Assembly: GCA_963665005.2 (NCBI GenBank)
Contig: CAXXTQ010000001.1
Location: 1,496,382-1,560,381, forward strand
Length of the DNA: 64,000 nt
Direction: 5' to 3'
DNA from: Christensenellaceae bacterium
Lineage (GTDB): Bacteria; Bacillota; Clostridia; Christensenellales; SZUA-584
This document shows, in pieces, positions 29,604 through 37,485 of the stretch. Within the stretch, counting starts at the first letter, position 1, and every line of letters starts with the position of its first letter. Below the pieces are notes generated by a model. It searched no databases, had not been told where the DNA came from, and worked only from the letters and a program-made list of their open reading frames with translations. A program made the position numbers and the translations under genes.

Positions 29604-31244
29604 ATGAACAGGAAAATCAAATCTATCCATCCCATCACCGCCCTGTATTGCCGTCTTTCCATTGAGGACGGGCGCGACAACGAAAGCATGAGTATATCCA
29701 ATCAGAAATCTATGCTCAAGGACTACGCAGAAAAGAACGGTATGCGCGAGTACGCCTACTACGTTGACGACGGGTACACGGGCCGGAATTTCAACCGTCC
29801 CGGTTTCCAGCGCATGATTTCGGATATAGAATCTGGTAAGATCAATTGTGTGATCACCAAAGACCTGTCCCGCCTTGGCCGCAACTACATTGAAGCAGGC
29901 AGCTACATTGAGATATTCTTTCCGCGTCATAACGTTCGGTACATTGCCGTTGCGGATAATGTGGACAGTTCGAATCGACAGGAAATGGACATTACGCCGT
30001 TCAAGAATATTTTGAACGATATGTATAGCCGGGATATCTCCAAGAAGGTTTTAGCTGGACGTATGGCGCAATCCCGTCAAGGAAAATTCGGCGGTGGTCC
30101 AACGCCTTACGGCCTGATGCGTGACCCGAAGAACAGAGGGCATTTGATCATTGATCCCAAAACTGCGCCAACCGTTAAGCTGGTCTATGACCTTGCGTCG
30201 AATGGATATGGCGCGATGCGGATTGCCAAGCATCTTCTCGAACATAGGATACCGATCACGCGGAGCAGAACCGCGAAGACCGATGTGAATTATTACTCAT
30301 GGAGCGGTAACGTCATCTGCAAGATGCTCAGGAATCCGGTTTACCGGGGCGCGCATGTGGTCTGTAAAACCCATCAGAAGGCGATCCGTTCCAACACGTT
30401 CAATTTCATTCCCCGCGACCAATGGGAGATCGTCGAGGACAGCCATGAGGCTATTGTCCCGAAAGAGCAATGGGAACAGGTACAAAAGCTCATAGACCGT
30501 CGCCCGCCCATCATGCAGGGAAACGACTGCCCATTCTACAATCTGTTTCACGGGTTGATATGCTGCGCGACCTGTGGGAGATCAATGCAGGTGCGATATG
30601 AGAAGGTTGGCCGCGCTGATATTAACCGTACAACGAAACAAAAGCGGGAGCCGATTGATAAGGCATATTATATCTGTCAGACGTATAATCGGCTGGGGAA
30701 GAACGCCTGCACCAGCCACAAGATCGAAGCCCGCGACCTGTATAATCTTGTGCTGGCTGATATCCGGGAACACGCGAAAAAAGCTCTAAGGGACTCCGAT
30801 AGCTTCTATGTTCAGCTCGCCAAAAAGCTGGAGTTGCGGCACAGCGTTGACGAAAGAACACTTAAGAAAGAATTGGACACCTTAGCCGAACGGAGTAAAG
30901 AAATTGACGCGCTATTCATGAGTCTGTATGAGGATAAGGCGAAGGGCATTCTGACTGAGCAGCGGTTCGTAATGATGACGGATAAGCTGGAGCGGGAACA
31001 AACGCAGGGCAAGGCGCGGATACAGGAGATCATGGACGAGCTTGGTTGTGCCGATGACCGGAGTCGGGATGTACGAAGCTTCATAGAGGAAGTTGGTCAA
31101 TATTCTGCCATTGAGGAACTGGACGAGATGATTGTGCATCGGCTGATTGACAAAATCGTTGTGAGCCATGCCCATATTGAAAACGGCGAAAAGGTTCAGG
31201 AGGTCAGGCTCGTATATAACTTTGTAGGTGAGCTGGAGAAATAA
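29604..31244 (+). CDS. Large serine recombinase
   Basis: Start at ATG 29604 behind AAGGAGA. Resolvase catalytic domain (ALYCRLSIEDG...NQKSML...YVDDGYTGRNFNRPGFQRM...VITKDLSRLGRN). It also has a recombinase domain, a Cys-rich zinc ribbon (CCATCGRSM...C..Y.....C.SH) and a coiled coil. Confidence 0.9.
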   Translation: MNRKIKSIHPITALYCRLSIEDGRDNESMSISNQKSMLKDYAEKNGMREYAYYVDDGYTGRNFNRPGFQRMISDIESGKINCVITKDLSRLGRNYIEAGSYIEIFFPRHNVRYIAVADNVDSSNRQEMDITPFKNILNDMYSRDISKKVLAGRMAQSRQGKFGGGPTPYGLMRDPKNRGHLIIDPKTAPTVKLVYDLASNGYGAMRIAKHLLEHRIPITRSRTAKTDVNYYSWSGNVICKMLRNPVYRGAHVVCKTHQKAIRSNTFNFIPRDQWEIVEDSHEAIVPKEQWEQVQKLIDRRPPIMQGNDCPFYNLFHGLICCATCGRSMQVRYEKVGRADINRTTKQKREPIDKAYYICQTYNRLGKNACTSHKIEARDLYNLVLADIREHAKKALRDSDSFYVQLAKKLELRHSVDERTLKKELDTLAERSKEIDALFMSLYEDKAKGILTEQRFVMMTDKLEREQTQGKARIQEIMDELGCADDRSRDVRSFIEEVGQYSAIEELDEMIVHRLIDKIVVSHAHIENGEKVQEVRLVYNFVGELEK

Positions 31245-31257
31245 TTGATAACCTCCG

Positions 31258-31303
31258 ACAGCCCTCCTCCTCAGTGTGAGTTGGAGAGCTGTTTTTCTTT
31301 TTT
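31258..31303 (+). terminator. Rho-independent terminator after the recombinase gene
   Basis: ACAGCCCTCC...GGAGAGCTGT (one mismatch) followed by TTTTTCTTTTTT. It marks the GC-rich to AT-rich switch. Confidence 0.65.
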
Positions 31304-31327
31304 ATGCTTGTTTAAAGAATGTATAAA

Positions 31328-31356
31328 GTTGAATAATGGGAAAATTTGTAGTAGAA
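31328..31356 (+). promoter_or_regulatory. Sigma-A-like promoter in front of the three-gene operon
   Basis: TTGAAT (31328..31333), a 17-nt spacer, then TAGAAT (31351..31356). Confidence 0.45.
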
Positions 31357-31674
31357 TGGATTTAAGATTCTAGAAAATGCTCGTATTTGAAGCGAGAAAT
31401 CAGCAGTTCAAAGCAGTCGAAGTAAAGCTGACAACCATAATAATCCACTTATGCCCTAAAGGGAAAGACAAACTTATGAAGATTGCAATTGCATTGGGTG
31501 GTTTAAGTAGGTAAAGGGGCGATTGTTACGGGACATGAGCGTATTGGTTTTTTACCCCATACAAAACAATGGAGGGCGATTATTAATCAACTCGTCCAGT
31601 TTAGTGACGGCGAAATCCCCGTTACACAGATTACTAACGGTACGCTTAATGCTGTTAAAAATACATATGAAAAA

Positions 31675-32307
31675 ATGCCATATGATGAATCTATTATAAA
31701 AGCCCTCTCCTTCATTACTACACTTTCCTTTTCAGCAAAACTTGAGAATCAAGTTGATTTCTTGAATGAACATGGCTATTCTGTAGATTCTCAGTTATCA
31801 TTAATCTCATTAATGGTCAGCGCACAAAATTACATTACAACCGATTATGGCTCTTTAGAAGTAAATAAGTTAGCTAAGGATGCCGCAATGCAAGCGGTTA
31901 TTGATTACCAACAACGGCATGAGTCTAATCAACTTTCTATGTTTTCAGAGCAATCACAAAATGTCTGGGAAAGTGTTGGGACTGGAGCGGCTTTTTGTGA
32001 AATGGCGCGAACTTTTTTTGCATCATTTACAGAAAGACAATTAAAGTATTACATAGAACGGGCAGCCGCTAGCAATATAGATAACTACGAAACCTTAAAA
32101 ACGTTCAATCAAGAGTTATCTTTGCAGTCAAAAGCTATTGCCGACCATACCTTTGAAATCTCTAAATTAACTCAATCCTTTGCCGCTGCTTGGTTTAATA
32201 AAAATGCTATTGATTCTATACCAAACGAAAAGCAGGTAGAAAATTTCCTTAGAATGTCCTTTGGTAAATTACGCGAGGAATTCCGAAGGGAGGCTGATGG
32301 GCAATGA
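31675..32307 (+). CDS. Hypothetical protein A of the candidate defence operon (start uncertain)
   Basis: At least 210 aa with no motif I recognise. The frame is open upstream to 31507. The stop overlaps the start of gene B (ATGA). Confidence 0.6.
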   Translation: MPYDESIIKALSFITTLSFSAKLENQVDFLNEHGYSVDSQLSLISLMVSAQNYITTDYGSLEVNKLAKDAAMQAVIDYQQRHESNQLSMFSEQSQNVWESVGTGAAFCEMARTFFASFTERQLKYYIERAAASNIDNYETLKTFNQELSLQSKAIADHTFEISKLTQSFAAAWFNKNAIDSIPNEKQVENFLRMSFGKLREEFRREADGQ

Positions 32308-34187
32308 TCCAACAGACTCCTACTATGATTCGTGTTAATTGTGGGGAAATTTGTACAACCACTGAATGTACAGCATCTGAAATCAATCTACTTCACACCG
32401 ATATGGGTGACTTAACTTCGAATATTACCATTGGTTACGAAAGATTTGTTAAAAATCCTGATGAATTACCGGGTAGAATTCTTGATTTGTTACAGATTGC
32501 TGCTTATATATTTTGTGGCGATCGAATGGCTAATCGTGGTAAACGGGATAGCCTAAACAACGATTCATGGGCACGTACTTTTGAATTCCATATTCCTGTG
32601 CTAGATATAGAATTTTGGAACAGTGAAAAAACCAAAAAAGTACTAACTGATGTCTTAACGTTTTTAACAGGGGACCGTAGTTTTAGCTTTATCTTTTCAA
32701 AATCGGACAAGAACCCCGCAGAAATAAAGAACAAACAATTGTCATTGTTTTCAGAAGAATATAGCGATCCGATCGAGGCCCAAAAAACAGATATTATGCT
32801 TTTTTCTGGAGGACTTGATTCTTTAGCGGGAGCCATTCAAAGACTCAATGAACACAGAAATCGGTTCTTATGTGTTGTTAGTCATAAGTCCAATAAATCT
32901 GTGATGCATACACAAGATATGCTTATTTCCACCTTGAATATAAAATATGATAACAGAGCAAAGAAATACGGATTTGAATGCTGCAATCACAATGGATTGA
33001 AAAGTAAAGAAGAGACGCAACGCACAAGAATATTTCTTTTTTCAGCAATTGCTTTTTCATTATGCCATTGTTATGGTAAGCATGAGTTTTATGTTTACGA
33101 AAATGGTATTACGAGTTTAAATTTATCAAAGCAAGCTGATGTAATTAATGCTCGTGCCAGTAGAACAACGCATCCAAAAACATTAGGGATGCTCCGTATA
33201 TTTTATAGATTATTAGATTCTTCATTTGATATAAAAGCGCCTTATTATAATCAGACAAAAGCAGAAATTATGGAAGTGTTTAGAAAATATAATGAAGAAC
33301 ACTTGATTTCAAGTTCGGTTTCATGCAGTTCCTCCAGAACAAAGCCTGGACAAGTCCCCCATTGTGGATGCTGTTCACAATGTATTGACCGACGGTTTTC
33401 TATATTCGCGTCAGGCTTAGACGAATATGATGCCCCATATGCCAACGATTTTATTAATGCATTTCCAGATGATGACAACAATGAAACAAAGCAGCGGATT
33501 TATATTACTATGCGGTTAGCAAATCTTGAAGATATTTCGACTAAGGATGACTTTGTTAAAAAATATCCCTCTGATGTGATGGATATGATTCAATACTGGC
33601 AAGGTTCAAATAACGCTGACGATAAATTGGATGAAATATATTCATTGGTTTGTCGATATGGAAAATCTGTTATTAACGCTGCAACCAGAATGCGGAATAA
33701 ATATGATGACTTAACTCGGCCAATAAATAAAAATTCTTTGCTTGGGATAATATCGGAACGCAAATATATGAAAACGCCATGTTTCAATCGTGTTGCTGAA
33801 ATTGATATGATCCTTAAAAAAGCTATTCCAGACATTTTTCAGAGAGAAAAGCCTAAGAACGAAAATGATTTCAATGACAAGTTACATGGTATTCTTAGTA
33901 CTCGTGGAGAATTTACAAGAGAATATCCTGTGCTCCTATTTGGATTGTCTTCTTACAAAGCAGATCAAGCACAAGGAGACTTAATCATTGAGAGCAAATA
34001 TATTAGAGGGAAAACATCGCCAAGTGTCGCCAGTGAGGGTATTTCTGCAGATATAATAAAAATACCAGAGGGTTATGGTGTGATGTTTGTAGTATATGAT
34101 CCTGAAGGAAGTATAACTGATTCCTTGAAATTTTCGTCAACATTTGAGACAAAACGCAAGGATTGTTATGTACGAGTATATAGATGA
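32304..34187 (+). CDS. QueC-like PP-loop ATPase with N-terminal (~165 aa) and C-terminal (~240 aa, PD-(D/E)xK-like) extensions
   Basis: SGGLDS at 32805..32822. QRTRIFLFSAIAF, VYENGITS and APYYNQTKAEI parallel E. coli QueC blocks (GRNILFLTLAAIYA, ETDFSGYPDC, PLMWIDKAET). Cys cluster SCSS...HCGCCSQC at about 33324..33383. The C-terminus has ...YKADQAQGDLIIESKY (33960..33998). Confidence 0.8.
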   Translation: MIQQTPTMIRVNCGEICTTTECTASEINLLHTDMGDLTSNITIGYERFVKNPDELPGRILDLLQIAAYIFCGDRMANRGKRDSLNNDSWARTFEFHIPVLDIEFWNSEKTKKVLTDVLTFLTGDRSFSFIFSKSDKNPAEIKNKQLSLFSEEYSDPIEAQKTDIMLFSGGLDSLAGAIQRLNEHRNRFLCVVSHKSNKSVMHTQDMLISTLNIKYDNRAKKYGFECCNHNGLKSKEETQRTRIFLFSAIAFSLCHCYGKHEFYVYENGITSLNLSKQADVINARASRTTHPKTLGMLRIFYRLLDSSFDIKAPYYNQTKAEIMEVFRKYNEEHLISSSVSCSSSRTKPGQVPHCGCCSQCIDRRFSIFASGLDEYDAPYANDFINAFPDDDNNETKQRIYITMRLANLEDISTKDDFVKKYPSDVMDMIQYWQGSNNADDKLDEIYSLVCRYGKSVINAATRMRNKYDDLTRPINKNSLLGIISERKYMKTPCFNRVAEIDMILKKAIPDIFQREKPKNENDFNDKLHGILSTRGEFTREYPVLLFGLSSYKADQAQGDLIIESKYIRGKTSPSVASEGISADIIKIPEGYGVMFVVYDPEGSITDSLKFSSTFETKRKDCYVRVYR

Positions 34188-34280
34188 TGGGACTAAAAAA
34201 TAAGTAATGTATACAAATAAACTTGGATTTACTGCATTTTTATTAGACCATTAAACAAAAGTATTGTGGGAGTTGGTAAT

Positions 34281-37256
34281 ATGAAAATTATCAAATATAA
34301 AGTCGGTAATAATAAAGTAGCACAAATACAATCAGCTCCTAACGCAGGAATGTTGGAAGTTGATGCTGTGTTATCCTCATGGAAAAATGCAGTATCATAT
34401 AACACTCAGGACGAAGGTTCTCCTGGATTTCGGCCAGCACAGCTCGGGGCACTTTTTTCGATAAAAGCTCACTGGATTGTTTCAGACGAACCAGCTACTG
34501 TTGTTATGCCAACTGGTACAGGTAAAACAGAAACAATGATTGCTACTATTGTATCCGAAATGCTTGGGCGTACCTTAATTATTGTTCCAAATAGCTTACT
34601 AAGAGAGCAAACCGCTGAAAAATTTCTGACATTTGGTATTTTGCAAAAGATTAGTGTAATTAACGATAGCGCAATCAAACCAACTGTTACAACATTGCGT
34701 ACAACCCCCAAGGAACTTACTGATCTGCGAGAGATTTTTGATAAGTCTAATATAGTAGTTACCACAATGTCATTGTTGCAAAGATTTTCTGACGATTATT
34801 TGATGGCAATTACCGAAATCTGCAATACGTTAATTGTGGACGAAGCTCACCATATTGCGGCGAATAAATGGGCAACAGTAAAGTATAAATTAAGAAAATT
34901 GAAATGCCTGCAATTTACTGCAACACCCTTTAGAAACGATGGGAAAAAAGTCGACGGAAAAATAATTTACAATTTTCCTTTAGCAATGGCTCAGAAACAA
35001 GGATATTTTCAGCAAATCAATTTTCTTCCTATTTGGGAGTTTGATGAAGAAAAAGGCGATCTTGCTATTGCTTCAGCTGCCATCAACCAACTTGATAGTG
35101 ATTTGAAAGCTGGGTACAATCACATAATTCTTGTACGTGTTAAGAGCAAGATTTCTGCTGATCATTTGTACAGAAGCATTTATCGACAACATTTTGAAAA
35201 ATATAATCCAGTATTGGTGCATAGTGATATTTCTGCAACTGACAGGGCTAAGGCAATAGCGGCTCTTAACAATGGGAGTTCGCGAATAGTTGTTTGCGTG
35301 GATATGTTTGGAGAAGGAATTGATATTCCCAGTTTGAAAATAGCGGCTGTACATGACAAATATAAATCGCTTCCAATAACATTGCAATTCATTGGACGTT
35401 TTGCAAGGTCGAGCGAGGGGCTTGGTACAGCAACAGTGATTACCAACATAGCTAATGATGAATTAAACGAATCACTACGAGAGCTTTATACTCAAGATTC
35501 AGACTGGAATGTTTTGCTTCATGTTATGGCTAGTCGCGAGATTGATAAGGAACTATCATTACAAGAACTTGCCGAAGGATTTGATGTATCCTCTTTAAGC
35601 GGAATGACTATTCAGCAATTACGTCCAAAAGTAAGTATGATAGCTTACAGCACAAATGATAAAAACTGGAATCTAAGTGCTCTAAATAATTTCTTCGATC
35701 CTGATAAGTGTTATTTCACTGTCAACCATGACAATAAAGTAATAGTTATAATTGAAAAAATTGATTCGAATATTGAATGGTCTACCTTCAAAGGAATTAA
35801 CGATATAAATTGGAATTTGCATTTGGTCTATTGGAATCCCGAAATAAAAATGTTCTTCATAAACAGTACAAACAAAAGTATTTCTGACACTATAGCCGAT
35901 GCATTGTTTACTCAATCAATTAGAATAAGTGGTGAAAATGTATTCCGCTGTTTGCACGGCATTAAGCGTTTAATGCTCGGTACAGTTGGCCTAAAATCAG
36001 CTTTTGATGGTCCTATTCGTTATCGAATGTTTGCTGGAATTGATATTGCTAATGGTATTACTGAATCACAAAAAGAATCTTCCTTTAAATCAAATCTATT
36101 TGGGGTTGGATATGATGGGAGTGGCAAAGTAAGTATTGGATGTTCATATAAAGGTCGCATTTGGTCTAGGTGGGTCGAGAGTATTGATTTTTGGATGAAC
36201 TGGTGTGATAATATAGCTGCCCGACTACAAAATCAAGAAATTGACACTTCAAGAATATTTGAGGGAGCATTAGTACCTGAAATAATATATGAACGCCCCT
36301 CGTCTGTTCCCTACGAAATTGAATGGCCCATCGATATGGATTTGATAAATGATCGTAGTATCCTCATAACTCATGGACCTAACGATTATCCTGTTTATGC
36401 AATGGATATTAAACTTTCTGATTATAATGAAACTGGGCCGATACGATTTTCTGTCGGAAATAATAAAATTCGTGAAGAGTATGAATTACACATTTCTAAC
36501 CGAAAATATGAATTTAAGACAATTAAGCCGACGGGATTGATTATAAAGAGAAGTAAACGTGAATATAAGGTAGCAGAGTTTTTTAACGAATTTCCACCGC
36601 GCATTAAATTTGTTGACCAATCAATGCTAGAAGGAAATCTTCTGGTTAAAATAACCGCTATTCCTCCATCGTTTAATAGAGAACGCATACAGATTTGGAA
36701 TTGGAAAGGAATAGATATTCATAAAGAATCACAGGGCGCTGAGCGCAATAAACAAAGTATTCAATATCGTGTGATCCAGAACCTTGTGTCTACTGATCGT
36801 TTCAGCGTGATTTTTGACGATGATGATGCTGGCGAAATAGCAGATGTAGTTAGTATTGCCGATGACAAAAATAAAATTTCTATTCAGTTCTATCACTGCA
36901 AATATGCTCATGGAGATAATCCTGGTGCTAGAGTTGCTGATTTATACGAAGTATGCGGACAAGCAGAGAAATCAATAAAGTGGTGCCAAGAACCAACCGC
37001 AATCATTGATCGTCTTATAAAACGTGAATCTTCCCGTATACATTTGGGAGGAACAAGATTTGAAGTTGGAAGTCTGCGCAAACTTCGAGAAATTAAGAAT
37101 AAAATGCGTGTATTCCCAACACATATTCAAATTTTCATTGTACAACCTGGGATTGATTCCACAGCATTAACAGATGATATGATTCGTATACTTAGTGGAA
37201 CAGCATCATACTTAATGGATACCTATAGTGTAAAGCTACAAGTCATTTGTAGCTAA
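34281..37256 (+). CDS. SF2 DEAH-box helicase fused to a ~580-aa C-terminal region ending in a restriction-endonuclease-like module
   Basis: Start taken at ATG 34281 behind GGGAG (the track uses GTG 34266). Motif I is MPTGTGKTE (34509..), II is IVDEAHHI (34836..), III is TATP (34917..), V is MFGEGIDIP and VI is QFIGRFARS (35385..). The C-terminus reads DDDDAGEIADVVSI-x11-IQFYHCKY (36816..36902). Confidence 0.85.
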   Translation: MKIIKYKVGNNKVAQIQSAPNAGMLEVDAVLSSWKNAVSYNTQDEGSPGFRPAQLGALFSIKAHWIVSDEPATVVMPTGTGKTETMIATIVSEMLGRTLIIVPNSLLREQTAEKFLTFGILQKISVINDSAIKPTVTTLRTTPKELTDLREIFDKSNIVVTTMSLLQRFSDDYLMAITEICNTLIVDEAHHIAANKWATVKYKLRKLKCLQFTATPFRNDGKKVDGKIIYNFPLAMAQKQGYFQQINFLPIWEFDEEKGDLAIASAAINQLDSDLKAGYNHIILVRVKSKISADHLYRSIYRQHFEKYNPVLVHSDISATDRAKAIAALNNGSSRIVVCVDMFGEGIDIPSLKIAAVHDKYKSLPITLQFIGRFARSSEGLGTATVITNIANDELNESLRELYTQDSDWNVLLHVMASREIDKELSLQELAEGFDVSSLSGMTIQQLRPKVSMIAYSTNDKNWNLSALNNFFDPDKCYFTVNHDNKVIVIIEKIDSNIEWSTFKGINDINWNLHLVYWNPEIKMFFINSTNKSISDTIADALFTQSIRISGENVFRCLHGIKRLMLGTVGLKSAFDGPIRYRMFAGIDIANGITESQKESSFKSNLFGVGYDGSGKVSIGCSYKGRIWSRWVESIDFWMNWCDNIAARLQNQEIDTSRIFEGALVPEIIYERPSSVPYEIEWPIDMDLINDRSILITHGPNDYPVYAMDIKLSDYNETGPIRFSVGNNKIREEYELHISNRKYEFKTIKPTGLIIKRSKREYKVAEFFNEFPPRIKFVDQSMLEGNLLVKITAIPPSFNRERIQIWNWKGIDIHKESQGAERNKQSIQYRVIQNLVSTDRFSVIFDDDDAGEIADVVSIADDKNKISIQFYHCKYAHGDNPGARVADLYEVCGQAEKSIKWCQEPTAIIDRLIKRESSRIHLGGTRFEVGSLRKLREIKNKMRVFPTHIQIFIVQPGIDSTALTDDMIRILSGTASYLMDTYSVKLQVICS

Positions 37257-37419
37257 TTGTTTGTTTCAAGATAAATGACAGTGACATTTCCGATTACCTC
37301 ATCTATCGTTGTTCTACTCAAACCGTTTATTTTCCCATAGAATACACTTTGCTTATTTCTAAAGTGAGTTCCAAGTATGAGTATAATTGTGCTGTGACCT
37401 AAAGATGGCTATATGATAT

Positions 37420-37455
37420 AAAACTGTGTTCCTGTAGGGCACAGTTTTTGTTTTT
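37420..37455 (+). terminator. Rho-independent terminator closing the three-gene operon
   Basis: AAAACTGTG-ttcctgtaggg-CACAGTTTT followed by TGTTTTTC. It abuts the right inverted repeat. Confidence 0.65.
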
Positions 37456-37483
37456 CTCGAACTCATCACTTGACAATATGGCA
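37456..37483 (-). repeat. Right terminal inverted repeat of the insertion
   Basis: The reverse complement TGCCATATTGTCAAGTGATGAGTTCGAG pairs with 11316..11342. Confidence 0.7.
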
Positions 37484-37485
37484 GG
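37480..37485. repeat. GGCAGG at the right junction of the virB4 insertion (copy 2)
   Basis: Identical to 11307..11312. Confidence 0.6.

Larger units (their letters stand above)
25640..31303 (+). mobile_element. G+C-rich mobilisation/integration module (two sigma-r4-like HTH proteins, DUF3847-like, MobA/MobL relaxase, small proteins, large serine recombinase)
   Basis: There is an abrupt, visible composition switch at both borders (estimated by eye, not computed). The gene set is typical of clostridial mobilisable transposons and IMEs. The boundaries are approximate. Confidence 0.6.
11312..37485 (+). mobile_element. 26.2-kb composite insertion in virB4 (putative integrative mobilisable element with metabolic and defence cargo)
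   Basis: It splits one reading frame (DFRQ | ELLKQDEPEAREVALAIELF...). Its inner ends carry imperfect inverted repeats. Inside are a relaxase and a single large serine recombinase. Confidence 0.75.

Noticed and set aside
11312-37485. Group II intron or IS element as the agent that split virB4
   Set aside because: There is no reverse transcriptase/maturase or transposase ORF, the 5' end is not GUGYG-like, and 26 kb of ordinary genes lie inside. Serine-recombinase-type ends fit better.
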